Source of the DNA: an uncultured Anaerococcus sp.
GTDB lineage: Bacteria > Bacillota > Clostridia > Tissierellales > Peptoniphilaceae
Reading direction: 5' to 3'
Length of the DNA: 64,000 nucleotides
Assembly: GCF_937934665.1 (NCBI RefSeq)
Contig: NZ_CALGYW010000064.1
Coordinates: 25,256-89,255, forward strand
The translations under genes and the position numbers were made by a program. Under the pieces are notes generated by a model. The model worked only from the letters and a program-made list of their open reading frames with translations. It had not been told where the DNA came from and made no database searches. Of the stretch, positions 43,637-56,308 are shown one piece after another (position 1 is the first letter of the stretch; each line of letters begins with the position of its first letter).

Positions 43637-45362
43637 GACAATAAATGGGCCTGTTGTTTATGCCAAAAATGCTAGAAGTCTTAAAATAAAAGAGATGGTC
43701 TCTGTTGGAGAATTAAAGCTAATTGGCGAGGTTATATCAGTTGATGGTGATATAGCAACAATTCAGGTATACGAAGATACTTCAGGACTTAAGGTTGGAG
43801 AAGATATTATTTCAACATCTATGCCCCTATCAGTAAGGTTAGGTCCAGGTCTACTTGGAAATATGTTTGATGGTATCGAAAGACCCCTTAAAGATATAAT
43901 GGATAAACATGGAGCTTTTATCCCATCTGGTATTGGTTTTGACAACCTAAATCTCGAAAAACAGTGGGATGTAAAGATCAAGTATAAAACTGGTGATAAA
44001 ATTAAAAAATCAGATATCTACGCTACCATTAAAGAAACTGAAGTTATAGAACATAGATTATTATCAAATGTAGAAGGTAGAGTAATAGAAGCCAAAGAAG
44101 ATGGTCTTTACAAACTTGAAGATACAGTTTTAAAGGTTGAAAATGACGAGGGTGTCCATGAATTAAAGCTTTATCAATATTGGCCAGTTAGAAATCCAAG
44201 ACCAGTTAAAAAAGCTCTTGGACTTAAAAACCTACTTGTTACTGGCCAAAGGGTTCTAGACGTATTTTTCCCAATAGCAAAGGGTGGTACAGTTGCAATT
44301 CCAGGTGGTTTTGGTACAGGTAAAACTATGCTTCAACACCAACTAGCTCAGTATTCTGATGTAGACATAATTGTATATATAGGATGCGGTGAGAGGGGAA
44401 ATGAGATGACCCAGGTACTTGAGGAATTCCCTGAACTTATTGACCCAAATACAGGCAAAGACCTCATGCAAAGGACAATACTTATTGCAAATACCTCTAA
44501 CATGCCGGTAGCATCAAGAGAGGCTAGTATTTATACAGGTATAACAATTGCCGAGTATTTTAGAGATATGGGTTATGATGTAGCCCTCATGGCCGACTCT
44601 ACTTCTAGGTGGGCAGAGGCCCTTAGAGAAATTTCTGCAAGACTTGAAGAAATACCAGCTGAAGAAGGATATCCAGCTTACCTTGCATCTAGGCTTTCTA
44701 AGTTTTATGAAAGGGCTGGTTATTTTGAGAACCTAAATGGTTCTAAGGGATCAGTTACCCTTATAGGTGCTGTTTCACCATCAGGTGGAGATTTCTCAGA
44801 ACCTGTTACAGAAGCAACTAGAAGATCTGTAAATGTATTTTTAGGTCTTGATAGAAAACTTGCTTATTCAAGGCATTATCCTGCTATAAACTGGCTAACA
44901 TCTTATACAAACTATCTAGATAAGATGAGAGATTTCTATAAGGAAACTTATAACTTGGATATAATCGGAGTAAGAAATAAGCTTATGAATGTCTTAATCG
45001 ATGAAGAAGAGGTTAAATCAATCATGATGCTTGTAGGTTCTGACGCTTTATCTGATGAACAAAAAAATGTATTAGATGTGGCAAGCCTTATTAGAAATGG
45101 TTTCTTACAACAAAATGCCTACAATGATATAGATAAGTATGTACCAGTTAAGAAACAAATAATGATGCTAGATGTAATTAATAAGTACTATGATGTAAGT
45201 ATTAGAGCTCTAAAAGACGGTGTTAGCTACAAAGATTTTTATGATTCAAGCTTATTAAATGACATTAGTCAGATGAAATATAACGTAGAAAATGATAAGA
45301 TTGAAAAACTTAATGACTTAAGTAGAAAGATCGAAAATCATTTTGCAAGGTTAAGGGGGTAG
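43620..45362 (+). CDS. A/V-type ATPase catalytic subunit A
   Basis: [28 protein letters not shown]. Confidence 0.97.
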   Translation: MNPIIKTINGPVVYAKNARSLKIKEMVSVGELKLIGEVISVDGDIATIQVYEDTSGLKVGEDIISTSMPLSVRLGPGLLGNMFDGIERPLKDIMDKHGAFIPSGIGFDNLNLEKQWDVKIKYKTGDKIKKSDIYATIKETEVIEHRLLSNVEGRVIEAKEDGLYKLEDTVLKVENDEGVHELKLYQYWPVRNPRPVKKALGLKNLLVTGQRVLDVFFPIAKGGTVAIPGGFGTGKTMLQHQLAQYSDVDIIVYIGCGERGNEMTQVLEEFPELIDPNTGKDLMQRTILIANTSNMPVASREASIYTGITIAEYFRDMGYDVALMADSTSRWAEALREISARLEEIPAEEGYPAYLASRLSKFYERAGYFENLNGSKGSVTLIGAVSPSGGDFSEPVTEATRRSVNVFLGLDRKLAYSRHYPAINWLTSYTNYLDKMRDFYKETYNLDIIGVRNKLMNVLIDEEEVKSIMMLVGSDALSDEQKNVLDVASLIRNGFLQQNAYNDIDKYVPVKKQIMMLDVINKYYDVSIRALKDGVSYKDFYDSSLLNDISQMKYNVENDKIEKLNDLSRKIENHFARLRG

Positions 45363-45366
45363 GCTA

Positions 45367-46740
45367 TTGAGAAAAGAATATACTAAAATTAAGAAAATTG
45401 AATCATCAATAATTGAAGTAGAAAAAGTTTCTGATATCGCTTATAACTCCCTAGTTTCAGTACATGCTGAGGGGATGGAATTTGTTGGTTCTGTTGTAAT
45501 GGTAGATGAAGATACTGTTACCATAGAAGTTTATGCAAATACAGATAATTTTTCTATAGATGATATAGTTGTAAGTTTTCATGAAAAACCGCTAGAACTT
45601 CCTCTTAACGAAAATATATTGGGTAGGACCTTTAATGGTATAGGTGAACCTATTGATAATGGTGGAGAGATTTATTCTGATGATACCTACCCGGTTGAAG
45701 GCCTTGCTCTAAACCCAGTTGCTAGAGAATATCCTAGAGATTTTATCCAAACAGGTGTATCAGCTATAGATACTCTTACAACCCTCATTCGTGGTCAAAA
45801 GCTACCAATATTTTCTGGCTCAGGCCTACCTCATAATGAAATAGCAGCACAAATTATAAGACAAGCAAAACTTAAAACTGATGAGGACTTTGCCTTTGTC
45901 TTTGCAGCTATGGGCATAAAGAAAGATGAAGCTTTATTTTTCGAAGATGCTTTTTCTAAGGCTGGTGTTAAAGATAAGCTTGTAATGTATCAAAACTTAG
46001 CTGATTCGCCAATAATGGAAAGGCTTCTTGCGCCTAAGTGTGCGCTAACAGCAGCAGAATACTTAGCCTATAAAAAAGGCTACCATGTTCTTGTAATAAT
46101 TACAGATATGACTTCATACTGTGAGGCTTTAAGGGAAGTATCCTCAATTAGAGGTGAAATTCCATCTAGAAAGGGCTATCCAGGCTACCTATATTCAAAC
46201 CTAGCAAGTCTTTATGAAAGAGCAGGTATGATTGAAGGAGTAAAGGGATCAGTAACCCTTATTCCAATTCTTACAATGCCAAATGATGATATTACTCACC
46301 CAGTACCAGACCTTACAGGTTATATAACAGAAGGTCAGATAGTTATCGATAGAGGACTTTCAAGTAAGGGAGTTTATCCTCCTATAAATGTTCTTCCATC
46401 CCTATCAAGACTTATGAAAGATGGTATAGGTGAAGGCTATACAAGAAGTGACCATGAAGATGTGATGAACCAGCTTTATGAATCATATTCAAAGGTAATT
46501 GATGTTAGAAATATTGCACAAATTGTAGGTGAAGAAGATTTATCAGATGTTGATAAAAAATACCTAAAATTTGGAGAAGTTTTTGAAAATAAATTCTTAT
46601 CCCAAGGTCAAAATGAAAATAGAGAGCTTGAAGAGAGCTTAGACCTTGCTTGGGATATATTAAAGATCCTACCAAGAACTGAATTACACAGGGTATCTGA
46701 GAAAAATCTTGATAAGTTTATAGGTAAGATTGATGAATAA
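45367..46740 (+). CDS. A/V-type ATPase subunit B
   Basis: [32 protein letters not shown]. Confidence 0.97.
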   Translation: MRKEYTKIKKIESSIIEVEKVSDIAYNSLVSVHAEGMEFVGSVVMVDEDTVTIEVYANTDNFSIDDIVVSFHEKPLELPLNENILGRTFNGIGEPIDNGGEIYSDDTYPVEGLALNPVAREYPRDFIQTGVSAIDTLTTLIRGQKLPIFSGSGLPHNEIAAQIIRQAKLKTDEDFAFVFAAMGIKKDEALFFEDAFSKAGVKDKLVMYQNLADSPIMERLLAPKCALTAAEYLAYKKGYHVLVIITDMTSYCEALREVSSIRGEIPSRKGYPGYLYSNLASLYERAGMIEGVKGSVTLIPILTMPNDDITHPVPDLTGYITEGQIVIDRGLSSKGVYPPINVLPSLSRLMKDGIGEGYTRSDHEDVMNQLYESYSKVIDVRNIAQIVGEEDLSDVDKKYLKFGEVFENKFLSQGQNENRELEESLDLAWDILKILPRTELHRVSEKNLDKFIGKIDE

Positions 46741-47359
46741 CGAAACAATAGCTAGTAAGGCAAATTTAATCAAGGCAAAAGATGAGCTAAAACTATTAGA
46801 AGTTGGTCTAGATATACTAGATAAGAAGAGAAAAGCTTTGATGAATGCTCACGATAGCATAATTAAAGAAAGAGATGGGCTAAACATTAAGGTTAATGAA
46901 ACTATGGCAAGGGTAAGCCATAGTTTTAATAAGGCCCTTGCAAGTATTGGTGAAGAGAAGCTAGAAAACCTAGCTGGTCTTATCCCGATAGATAACTCTA
47001 TAAGCCTTAAGGCCATTAAATTTATGCAGACTGATATGGCTAAGATAGCATTTGAAGACAAAAAGTTAACCCTATCTTATTCCTTTTATCAGACTAACGC
47101 GCTTTTAGATAAGGCTATTATAGATTTTAATAAACTTAGGTCAGATATTTTTAAACTTGCTGAGCTAGATAGTGCTATAAACAATCTAGAAATAGAAATT
47201 AGAAAAGCAAACAAAAAAGTTAACAGTCTAGAAAAAATCCAGATACCAAATAAAACGGATCTTATCAAAAATATTTCACAAAGCTTGGAAGAGAAAGAAA
47301 GAGAAGAATTTTCTAAAACAAAAATTGTTAAAAGAAATAAAATTAAAAAGTCATCGTAG
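46733..47359 (+). CDS. A/V-type ATPase subunit D
   Basis: [33 protein letters not shown]. Confidence 0.93.
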   Translation: MNNETIASKANLIKAKDELKLLEVGLDILDKKRKALMNAHDSIIKERDGLNIKVNETMARVSHSFNKALASIGEEKLENLAGLIPIDNSISLKAIKFMQTDMAKIAFEDKKLTLSYSFYQTNALLDKAIIDFNKLRSDIFKLAELDSAINNLEIEIRKANKKVNSLEKIQIPNKTDLIKNISQSLEEKEREEFSKTKIVKRNKIKKSS

Positions 47360-47382
47360 GAATAAAACTACGATGACTTTTT
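47345..47382. terminator. Bidirectional intrinsic terminator
   Basis: AAAAAGTCATCGTAG / CTACGATGACTTTTT. Confidence 0.9.
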
Positions 47383-47393
47383 GTTTACAATTT

Positions 47394-48560
47394 TTATTTT
47401 CTCTTAGATGGTCTTACCATATTTACTTCTAAAGGGGCAACCTTATCGTGGTCTATAATACCATCATCATATTGATTTTTTTGCATGGATGCTGAAAGAG
47501 CAAAGCCAATACATACTAAAATTAGTAATTGGAAGGTACCTCCATTTGAGAAAAATGGTAGGGGGATACCCGTAACAGGCATGATACCAATTGTCATACC
47601 AATATTTTCAAAAATATGGATAAAGATAAGCCCCGCTATACCAGTTACTAAAAGGCTTATAAAGGTATTATTAGATGATTTTGCTATATTAATTAGTCTT
47701 AATATTAGGATTGTAAATAAAATAATCATAATTATAGCACCAATAAAACCTAATTCCTCAGCTAAAACTGAAAAAATAAAGTCGGTCTCTTTTTCAGGAA
47801 TATAGCCATACTGGGACTGGCTGCCGTTTAAATAACCTCTTCCATTTAACATACCAGAACCGATTGCTATCATTCCTTGTTGTTGTTGCCAGTTAGATCC
47901 TGACGCATCCCTAGAAGGGTTTAAGAAGTTTTCAATCCTATCTGCCCTAAAGCCGCTTAGGTTTGCCAGTAAGAAAACCGCCAAGGCAATTCCGATAGCT
48001 GCTAAAATACCAATCCATTTCCAAGATAATCCAGCCACAAAGATCATAGCAGCTATAAAAAATACGTATACCATAGATGTACCAAAATCTGGTTGGAGTA
48101 GGATTAGTCCGATTGGTAAACCTACAAAGACTATGGTTAAAAGTAGAGTAAGGGGTGAGTTGATTGTGTACTTATACTTATCTAAAAAGGCAGCTAAGCT
48201 AAAGATAAGGATAATTTTAGATATTTCTGCTGGTTGGAAGGAAAAAGATCCAATATAAATCCAACTTCTTGCACCCCATTCATCAAGGCCTCGTCCAATA
48301 AACAAGGTAATTATTAAGACAAGGATCATAAGTCCATAAAAGACCCAATAGGGTTTTTTAACTACATCTAAATCCAAAGTACAGATGGCAGCTATTAGCA
48401 AAAATCCCAAAATTGTTGAAATAATTTGAGTTTTGATAGCAGCGAAGTTACCACCATAGGCCGAATACAATACAACTAAACCAAATACTGATAGGGCCAA
48501 AGTTGCAAGGAATAACAGGATGTCAAAATCCTTAAAATTTTTCTTTTTTAAATTAAACAT
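47394..48560 (-). CDS. rodA: SEDS-family peptidoglycan polymerase RodA
   Basis: GARSWI, FQPAE, LQPDFGT, ETDFIFSVLAEELG, PVTGIPLPF; SD GGAGTGA before ATG 48560. Confidence 0.88.
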   Translation of the reverse strand: MFNLKKKNFKDFDILLFLATLALSVFGLVVLYSAYGGNFAAIKTQIISTILGFLLIAAICTLDLDVVKKPYWVFYGLMILVLIITLFIGRGLDEWGARSWIYIGSFSFQPAEISKIILIFSLAAFLDKYKYTINSPLTLLLTIVFVGLPIGLILLQPDFGTSMVYVFFIAAMIFVAGLSWKWIGILAAIGIALAVFLLANLSGFRADRIENFLNPSRDASGSNWQQQQGMIAIGSGMLNGRGYLNGSQSQYGYIPEKETDFIFSVLAEELGFIGAIIMIILFTILILRLINIAKSSNNTFISLLVTGIAGLIFIHIFENIGMTIGIMPVTGIPLPFFSNGGTFQLLILVCIGFALSASMQKNQYDDGIIDHDKVAPLEVNMVRPSKRK

Positions 48561-48661
48561 TATATCACTCCAGTTCCTATACATTATATAACAGATTTTA
48601 AGCAAATACAATTTTAGCAGTGAAAAATAAGACTAGTATAATATTTAAAAAGGTTGGTGAT

Positions 48662-49306
48662 ATTATTTTAAGTAGAAAAGAAATAGGAGAAGTCCTAGAA
48701 ATAATAGATAAAATGTATCCGGATGTTGATCGTTCTATGCTTGAATTTACAACATCATTTGAACTTTTGGTAGCTACTATCCTATCGGCACAAGCTACTG
48801 ATATTAGCGTCAATAAGGTGACTAAAGAGATGTTTAAGATAGCTAATACTCCAGAAGATTTTGCAAAAATGGATATAAAAGAATTAGAAAATCACATTAG
48901 GACTATAGGAATTTATAGAAACAAGGCTAAAAATATTAAAGCAGCAAGCAAAATCCTTATTGAAGATTATAATTCAGAAGTTCCTGCAGATAAGAAAGAA
49001 CTGCAAAAATTGCCTGGTGTAGGGAGAAAAACTGCCAATGTAGTTTGTGCTAATGCCTTTGGCATACCATCTATAGCAGTAGATACCCATGTATTCAGGG
49101 TAGCAAATAGGATAGGTCTTGCCGAAGCCAGCAATGTAGATAAGACTCAAGATCAGTTAGAGGAAAATCTTGATAGGTCAAGATGGTCTAAAACTCACCA
49201 TCAACTTATAACCCATGGCAGGACCCTTTGTAAGGCTAGAAATCCACTATGTGAACAATGCGATATAAATAGGTTATGTTTATATTATAGGGGGGACCAT
49301 GATTAA
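48662..49306 (+). CDS. nth: Endonuclease III (start uncertain; ORF track gives 48620)
   Basis: LSAQATD, LPGVGRKTANV, VDTHV, CxxxxxxCxxCxxxxxC cluster motif. Confidence 0.93.
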   Translation: MILSRKEIGEVLEIIDKMYPDVDRSMLEFTTSFELLVATILSAQATDISVNKVTKEMFKIANTPEDFAKMDIKELENHIRTIGIYRNKAKNIKAASKILIEDYNSEVPADKKELQKLPGVGRKTANVVCANAFGIPSIAVDTHVFRVANRIGLAEASNVDKTQDQLEENLDRSRWSKTHHQLITHGRTLCKARNPLCEQCDINRLCLYYRGDHD

Positions 49307-50141
49307 ATTATTTGCTTTTGACCTAGATGGTACGGTTCTTGGTAATAATTCTAAGCTAGGTAAATCAAGCATCGAAGCTATAAAAAAACTTGATGATGCT
49401 GGCATAAAGGTTGTCCTAGCAAGTGGTAGAGTTTTTTCTTCTATAAAACATATTCAAAGTTTGCTAACAATTTCTGGGCCAATAGTTTCCACAAATGGTA
49501 GTCTTATAAGTTTAGATGGAGAAGAAATCTATAAGACTTATTATATAGAAGATGATCTTTTAATAGCCTTATATAATTTTTGTTTAAAGCATAAATTAGA
49601 TTTTCACTTTTATGATGAAGACACCTATTACACAAATAGATTAAATCTTAGAAGAATAAAACACTTAAAAATTGATAATGATTATGGATTGAACTATCAA
49701 GTTGGTTTAATAATTAAAAATGACCCTGTTTCTTATATAATAAGCCAAGGGAAAAAAGCTCTTAAATTTCAGATTATAGGTATAGATGAAAATGACCTGT
49801 CTAGAGATAAAATTATTGATATGTTAAAGAATGAAATTGGAGAAGAACTTTATATTACTGCATCTGGTGATCATTTATTAGAGATAGGAAATAAAAATGC
49901 TACAAAATGGTCTTCTATTGAAGAGATTTGTAAAAAATTGGGTATATATAGTAATGAGGTTGCAGCTATAGGCGATGCTTATAACGATCTACCAATGGTT
50001 ATGGGCGCTGGCCTAGGTTTTGCAATGGGAAATGCTAAAGATAAGTTAAAAGAAGTAGCAGATGTTATAGTAGGTAATAATGAGCAAGGTGGAATCTTAG
50101 AGGCTGTAAATTATGTTTTAGAGGTAAATAAAAATGTTTAA
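49299..50141 (+). CDS. Cof-type HAD-IIB hydrolase
   Basis: FDLDGT, ASGR, GDAYND, AMGNA. Confidence 0.92.
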   Translation: MIKLFAFDLDGTVLGNNSKLGKSSIEAIKKLDDAGIKVVLASGRVFSSIKHIQSLLTISGPIVSTNGSLISLDGEEIYKTYYIEDDLLIALYNFCLKHKLDFHFYDEDTYYTNRLNLRRIKHLKIDNDYGLNYQVGLIIKNDPVSYIISQGKKALKFQIIGIDENDLSRDKIIDMLKNEIGEELYITASGDHLLEIGNKNATKWSSIEEICKKLGIYSNEVAAIGDAYNDLPMVMGAGLGFAMGNAKDKLKEVADVIVGNNEQGGILEAVNYVLEVNKNV

Positions 50142-50592
50142 TATAGTACTTCTAATGCCGGAGCATCCTGGCAATGTAGGTAATATTGCTAGAACTTGTG
50201 TCCTGACAGAATCAAGGTTACACTTGGTTAGACCCTTTAAGTTTAACCTATCAGACAAGTATCTTAAAAAAGCTGGTATTGACTACCGGGATCAAGTAGA
50301 TCTTATAATCCATGATAGCTTAGATGAGTTTATGGAATATTTAGAGGGTAAAAATTTTTATTTACTAGAAACACCTAGTGAAAATAGGTATGTAGATGTG
50401 GAATTTAAAGACGGTGATTATTTAATATTTGGTCGTGAAAAAGAAGGCATAGATGAAAGTTTTATTAAGGCTTATAAAGATAAAGTAATTACTATACCAA
50501 TGACACCTAATATAAGTAGGTCTTTAAATCTGGCGAATTCTGTATCTATAGTTTTATATGAGGCATTAAGACAAATAGATTTTAAATTTTAA
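50134..50592 (+). CDS. trmL: tRNA (cytidine/uridine-34 2'-O)-methyltransferase
   Basis: PEHPGNVGNIARTC, FGRE, RSLNLANS. Confidence 0.92.
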   Translation: MFNIVLLMPEHPGNVGNIARTCVLTESRLHLVRPFKFNLSDKYLKKAGIDYRDQVDLIIHDSLDEFMEYLEGKNFYLLETPSENRYVDVEFKDGDYLIFGREKEGIDESFIKAYKDKVITIPMTPNISRSLNLANSVSIVLYEALRQIDFKF

Positions 50593-50603
50593 TAAGGAGA
50601 TAT

Positions 50604-51530
50604 ATGTACGATATAATTATAATTGGTGGTGGTCCAGCAGGTTTAAGTGCGGGCCTATACGCTGGTAGAAGTAAGTTAAAAACACTTATTATAGAAAAAG
50701 ACATATCAGGCGGTCAAATATCTGGAACTGCCTTTGTAGAAAATTATCCAGGTTCTATAGAAGATCCAACAGGTATGGGACTTTCTGAAAGAATGGAAGA
50801 ACAGGCCAAAGAATACGCTGATATTGTTTTTGAAAACGTGGAAGAGGTTAATCTTGACGGTGAAGTTAAAACCGTAAAGACTGACTCTAATGAATACCAA
50901 GCTAAGGTTATTATAATTTCAACTGGAGCTAAACCAAGAAAACTTGATGCCCCAGGTGAACAAGAATTTGCAAATAGGGGAGTGTCTTACTGTGCAACAT
51001 GTGATGGTCCTTTTTACCAAGGTTTAGATATTTATGTTGTAGGTGGTGGAGATGCGGCTCTTGAAGAAGCAAATTACCTTACTCGTTTTGGAAAATCAGT
51101 AACAATCATTCACAGAAGGGATGAATTTAGAGCAAGCGGCGTTGTTGTAGAAAATGTTAAAAATAATCCCAAGATTAAATTTGAGTATGACAGCGTAGTA
51201 AAAGAAATCAGGGGTGATAAGGAAGTAAAGGAAATAGTCTTAGAAAATGTTAAGACTAAGGAAGAAAAAATCATTAAAAAAGAAGATGGGTCACCTATAG
51301 GAGTCTTTGTATTCATAGGTAATATTGCTCAAACAGACTTATTTAAAGATAAGGTTAGGATGGAAAATGGGTATATAATTACTGATGAGGATATGAAGAC
51401 TAATATAGAAGGTGTCTTTGCAGTTGGTGATACTAGGAAAAAAGCTGTTAGACAAGCGGTTACTGCAGCTAGTGATGGTTGTATAGCAGCTATCATGGCT
51501 AATAAATATATAGAGAGTAAATCCTGGTAA
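50604..51530 (+). CDS. trxB: Thioredoxin-disulfide reductase
   Basis: GGGPAG, ENYPG, YCATCDG, GGGDAALEE, HRRDEFRA. Confidence 0.95.
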   Translation: MYDIIIIGGGPAGLSAGLYAGRSKLKTLIIEKDISGGQISGTAFVENYPGSIEDPTGMGLSERMEEQAKEYADIVFENVEEVNLDGEVKTVKTDSNEYQAKVIIISTGAKPRKLDAPGEQEFANRGVSYCATCDGPFYQGLDIYVVGGGDAALEEANYLTRFGKSVTIIHRRDEFRASGVVVENVKNNPKIKFEYDSVVKEIRGDKEVKEIVLENVKTKEEKIIKKEDGSPIGVFVFIGNIAQTDLFKDKVRMENGYIITDEDMKTNIEGVFAVGDTRKKAVRQAVTAASDGCIAAIMANKYIESKSW

Positions 51531-51535
51531 ACTAA

Positions 51536-51563
51536 TTGACAAACTAATAACAAAATGTATATT
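51536..51563 (+). promoter_or_regulatory. Sigma-A promoter of gap
   Basis: TTGACA-16 bp-TATATT. Confidence 0.65.
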
Positions 51564-51595
51564 AATTGAGTAGAAAGAATTTTTAGGAGGCAATA

Positions 51596-52603
51596 ATGAC
51601 AACAAGAGTAGCAATTAACGGATTTGGTAGAATTGGACGTCTTACCTTAAGAAGAATCGCAGCAGTAGAAGATAATATCGAAGTAGTAGCAATAAACGAC
51701 CTTATTGACAAAAAAGGTCTACTATATGCTTTCAAATATGATACTGCTCAAGGTAGATTTGACGGCGATGCTGAATTAACAGATAACGGATTTAAAATCA
51801 ACGGTAAAGACATCAAAGTTTTTGCTGAAAGAAATCCAGAAGATCTTCCATGGAAAGATTTAGATGTTGATATCGTTCTTGAATGTACAGGATTCTTTAC
51901 AGAAAAAGAAAAAGCTGAAGCTCACATCAAAGCAGGAGCTAAAAAAGTTCTTATTTCAGCACCAGGTAAAGGCGATTTAAAAACTATAGTTTATGGTGTA
52001 AACCATGAAATCCTTGATGGTTCAGAAACAGTTGTTTCAGGCGCAAGCTGTACAACAAACTGTCTAGCACCAATGGTTAATGTACTATTAAAAGAATTTG
52101 GATTTGTTTCAGGACAAATGTCAACAATCCACGCATATACAGCAACTCAAGCTATCCAAGATACACCTGCAACTAAAAAAGACCTTAGAGGCGGAAGAGC
52201 AGCAGCTCAAAACACAATCCCAGCTTCAACAGGTGCAGCTAAAGCAGTTGGTAAGGTAATACCTGAAGTTGATGGTATCCTTGATGGATCAGCTCTAAGA
52301 GTTCCAACAATCACAGGCTCTGTTACTGAACTTTACTCAGTTCTTGAAAAGAAAGTAACTGTTGAAGAAGTAAACGCAGCTATGAAAAAATATTCTAACG
52401 ATGCTTTTGCATATGAAACAGATGATATAGTTTCAAGTGATATTATCGGTTACCCAGCAGGTTCTGTATTTGACTCTCAACTAACAAAAATAGTTGAAGG
52501 TGAAAATGGAGCACAACTTGTTAAAACTGTTGCTTGGTATGATAACGAAATGGGATATGTTTCTAACCTAGTTAGAACACTTGATTATCTAGCAAATCTT
52601 TAA
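51596..52603 (+). CDS. gap: Glyceraldehyde-3-phosphate dehydrogenase type I
   Basis: [24 protein letters not shown]. Confidence 0.98.
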   Translation: MTTRVAINGFGRIGRLTLRRIAAVEDNIEVVAINDLIDKKGLLYAFKYDTAQGRFDGDAELTDNGFKINGKDIKVFAERNPEDLPWKDLDVDIVLECTGFFTEKEKAEAHIKAGAKKVLISAPGKGDLKTIVYGVNHEILDGSETVVSGASCTTNCLAPMVNVLLKEFGFVSGQMSTIHAYTATQAIQDTPATKKDLRGGRAAAQNTIPASTGAAKAVGKVIPEVDGILDGSALRVPTITGSVTELYSVLEKKVTVEEVNAAMKKYSNDAFAYETDDIVSSDIIGYPAGSVFDSQLTKIVEGENGAQLVKTVAWYDNEMGYVSNLVRTLDYLANL

Positions 52604-52614
52604 GAGTATTAAAC

Positions 52615-52640
52615 AGGCGAGATAATATCTCGCCTTTTTT
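52615..52640 (+). terminator. Intrinsic terminator between gap and pgk
   Basis: AGGCGAGAT / ATCTCGCCT followed by a T-tract. Confidence 0.85.
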
Positions 52641-52652
52641 ACGAGGTGAATA

Positions 52653-53849
52653 ATGAATAAAAAAACAGTAAAGGATTTAGATGTAAAAGGTAAAAAAGTC
52701 CTAGTTAGAGTGGACTTCAATGTACCTTTATCAAAAGAAGAAAAAGGAAAAATAGCGGATGACGCTAGGATAAAGGCAGCTATTCCTACAATTAACTACC
52801 TATCAGAAAATGGAGCTAAGGTTATCCTTATGAGCCACTTAGGTAGACCAAAAGGGGAAGCTAATCCTGAATTTGCGTTGAAACCAGTAGCTGATTACCT
52901 AGAAAATTTTTATGGCGGTCAATTTAGATTTATACCATCTCCTGAAGTAGTTGATGAAAAAGTTAAAGAAGAAGTTAGCAAGCTCGAAGATGGTCAAATT
53001 GCACTTCTTGAAAATACAAGATATAGAGCTGAAGAAACAAAAAATGGAGAAGAATTTGCTAAAGAATTAGCATCACTTGCTGACTTATATGTAAATGATG
53101 CCTTTGGTACAAGCCACAGGGCCCACGCTTCAAATGTTGGTGTAGCAAGTATTCTTCCATCAGCAGTAGGTTTCCTAATTGAAAAAGAAATAGAAGTTAT
53201 GGGTAAAGCTCTAGAAAGTCCTGACCATCCTTTTGTTTCAATCTTAGGTGGAGCAAAAGTTTCTGATAAGATTGGTGTAATAGAAAATCTTATAACAAAA
53301 GTAGATACAATCCTAATCGGTGGGGGTATGGCTTATACCTTCCTAAAGGCTATGGGTAAAGAAATAGGTCAGTCACTTCTTGAAGAAGATAAGATGGATT
53401 TATCCTTGGAATTAATGAAAAAAGCAAAGGCCAACGAAGTAGAAATCCTTCTACCAATTGATGTTGTTATCGCTGATAAAATTGAGGCGGGTGTGGATAC
53501 GGAAATAGTAGACATAGATAGCATACCTGAAGATAAAGAAGCGTTAGACATCGGACCAAAAACAGCTGAACTTTTTGCAGATAAAATTAAGGACGCAAAG
53601 ACAGTTGTATGGAATGGACCAATGGGAGTATTTGAAATAAAAGAATTCTCAAACGGTACTAATGAAGTTGCAAAAGCCCTTGCTGAATCAGAAGCTGTTA
53701 CTATCGTAGGTGGCGGAGATAGCGCCCTTGCTATAGAAATGGCCGGCCTAAAAGATAAAATAACCCACGTTTCAACAGGTGGTGGAGCAAGCTTAGAGTT
53801 TCTAGAAGGTAAAGACCTACCAGGTATAACCGCTATTGAAGATAAGTAA
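52653..53849 (+). CDS. pgk: Phosphoglycerate kinase
   Basis: RVDFNVP, SHLGRP, NDAFG, WNGPMG, STGGGASLE. Confidence 0.98.
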   Translation: MNKKTVKDLDVKGKKVLVRVDFNVPLSKEEKGKIADDARIKAAIPTINYLSENGAKVILMSHLGRPKGEANPEFALKPVADYLENFYGGQFRFIPSPEVVDEKVKEEVSKLEDGQIALLENTRYRAEETKNGEEFAKELASLADLYVNDAFGTSHRAHASNVGVASILPSAVGFLIEKEIEVMGKALESPDHPFVSILGGAKVSDKIGVIENLITKVDTILIGGGMAYTFLKAMGKEIGQSLLEEDKMDLSLELMKKAKANEVEILLPIDVVIADKIEAGVDTEIVDIDSIPEDKEALDIGPKTAELFADKIKDAKTVVWNGPMGVFEIKEFSNGTNEVAKALAESEAVTIVGGGDSALAIEMAGLKDKITHVSTGGGASLEFLEGKDLPGITAIEDK

Positions 53850-53859
53850 GGAGAAATAA

Positions 53860-54612
53860 ATGCGTAAACCAGTTATAGTTGGAAATTGGAAAATGAACAA
53901 GACACCTAGTGAAGCTAGGGCTTTACTTGAAGAAGTAAAGGCACTTGACCTTGATGAAAATGTTGAAAAAGGATTTTGTGTACCAGCAATAGACTTGCTT
54001 GTAGCTAAAGAAGTACTCGAGGGTACAGGTATTAACTACGGTGCTGAAAACATGTATTTTGAAGAAAGTGGTGCATTTACAGGTGAAATATCCCCACTAA
54101 TGCTAAAAGATGTTGATGCAAAATACGTAATCCTAGGTCACTCTGAAAGAAGAGAATATTTTAAAGAATGTGACTGCCTTATAAATAAAAAGGTAAAATC
54201 TGCACTTGATCATGACCTAATTCCAATCCTATGTGTAGGTGAAACTCTTGAAGAAAGAGAAGAAAACAAGCAAGAAGAAAAAGTAAAAGACCAATTAATA
54301 AAAGGTTTAAAAGATGTAAGTGAATCTGATATAGAAAAAGTAATTATAGCTTATGAACCAATATGGGCTATAGGTACAGGTAAAACAGCTTCAGCAGAAG
54401 ATGCTGATGATATGTGTGGTTTTATAAGAAACTTCATCAAAGAAACTTACAGTGAAGAAGCAAGCGAAAAGATTAGAATCCAATATGGTGGTTCTATGAA
54501 ACCTGCAAATGTAAAAGAATTACTTACCAAAGAAAATATAGACGGTGGTCTTATTGGTGGAGCAAGTTTAAAAGCAACTGATTTCGAACAATTAGTTAAT
54601 TTCAAAAAATAA
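53860..54612 (+). CDS. tpiA: Triosephosphate isomerase
   Basis: GNWKMN, GHSERR, AYEPIWAIGTG, YGGS. Confidence 0.98.
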   Translation: MRKPVIVGNWKMNKTPSEARALLEEVKALDLDENVEKGFCVPAIDLLVAKEVLEGTGINYGAENMYFEESGAFTGEISPLMLKDVDAKYVILGHSERREYFKECDCLINKKVKSALDHDLIPILCVGETLEEREENKQEEKVKDQLIKGLKDVSESDIEKVIIAYEPIWAIGTGKTASAEDADDMCGFIRNFIKETYSEEASEKIRIQYGGSMKPANVKELLTKENIDGGLIGGASLKATDFEQLVNFKK

Positions 54613-55917
<1,305 letters not shown>

Positions 55918-55929
55918 GATTTTAGTTTT

Positions 55930-55964
55930 AGGCTTGCTTTCTTAATTTAGAAAGCAAGTCTTTT
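55930..55964 (+). terminator. Intrinsic terminator after eno
   Basis: GGCTTGCTTTCT / AGAAAGCAAGTC followed by Ts. Confidence 0.8.
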
Positions 55965-55974
55965 CTTATTTATA

Positions 55975-56003
55975 TTGAAAAATAAGGCAACTTGTGGTAT
56001 TAT
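55975..56003 (+). promoter_or_regulatory. Sigma-A promoter of secG
   Basis: TTGAAA-17 bp-TATTAT with an extended TG. Confidence 0.7.
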
Positions 56004-56029
56004 AAAACAGTATGAACGGAGGTGTCTAT

Positions 56030-56257
56030 ATGTCAAATTTTCTTGCAGTAATCATGATGATTGCATCAGCAATAGTTATAGTTGCAGTTACATTACAAGA
56101 TCCTAAAACTGACGGACTGGGAGCATTGTCTGGAACAAAGACTAATGTTTTTGGTAAAAGTGCACATAAATCAAAAAACGAAATGTTAGATAAGGTTGTT
56201 ATTTTTGGAGGAGTACTTTTATTTTTAGGAAGTATAATATTTATAGCAATAAATTAA
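56030..56257 (+). CDS. secG: Preprotein translocase subunit SecG
   Basis: Two TM helices, LQDPKTDGLGALSG; eno-secG-rnr-smpB synteny; SD GGAGG. Confidence 0.92.
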   Translation: MSNFLAVIMMIASAIVIVAVTLQDPKTDGLGALSGTKTNVFGKSAHKSKNEMLDKVVIFGGVLLFLGSIIFIAIN

Positions 56258-56308
56258 GAGGGGGTCAAGGGTGACTCCTTTTTTTATTATAGGTGGCAAG
56301 GAGCAAGT

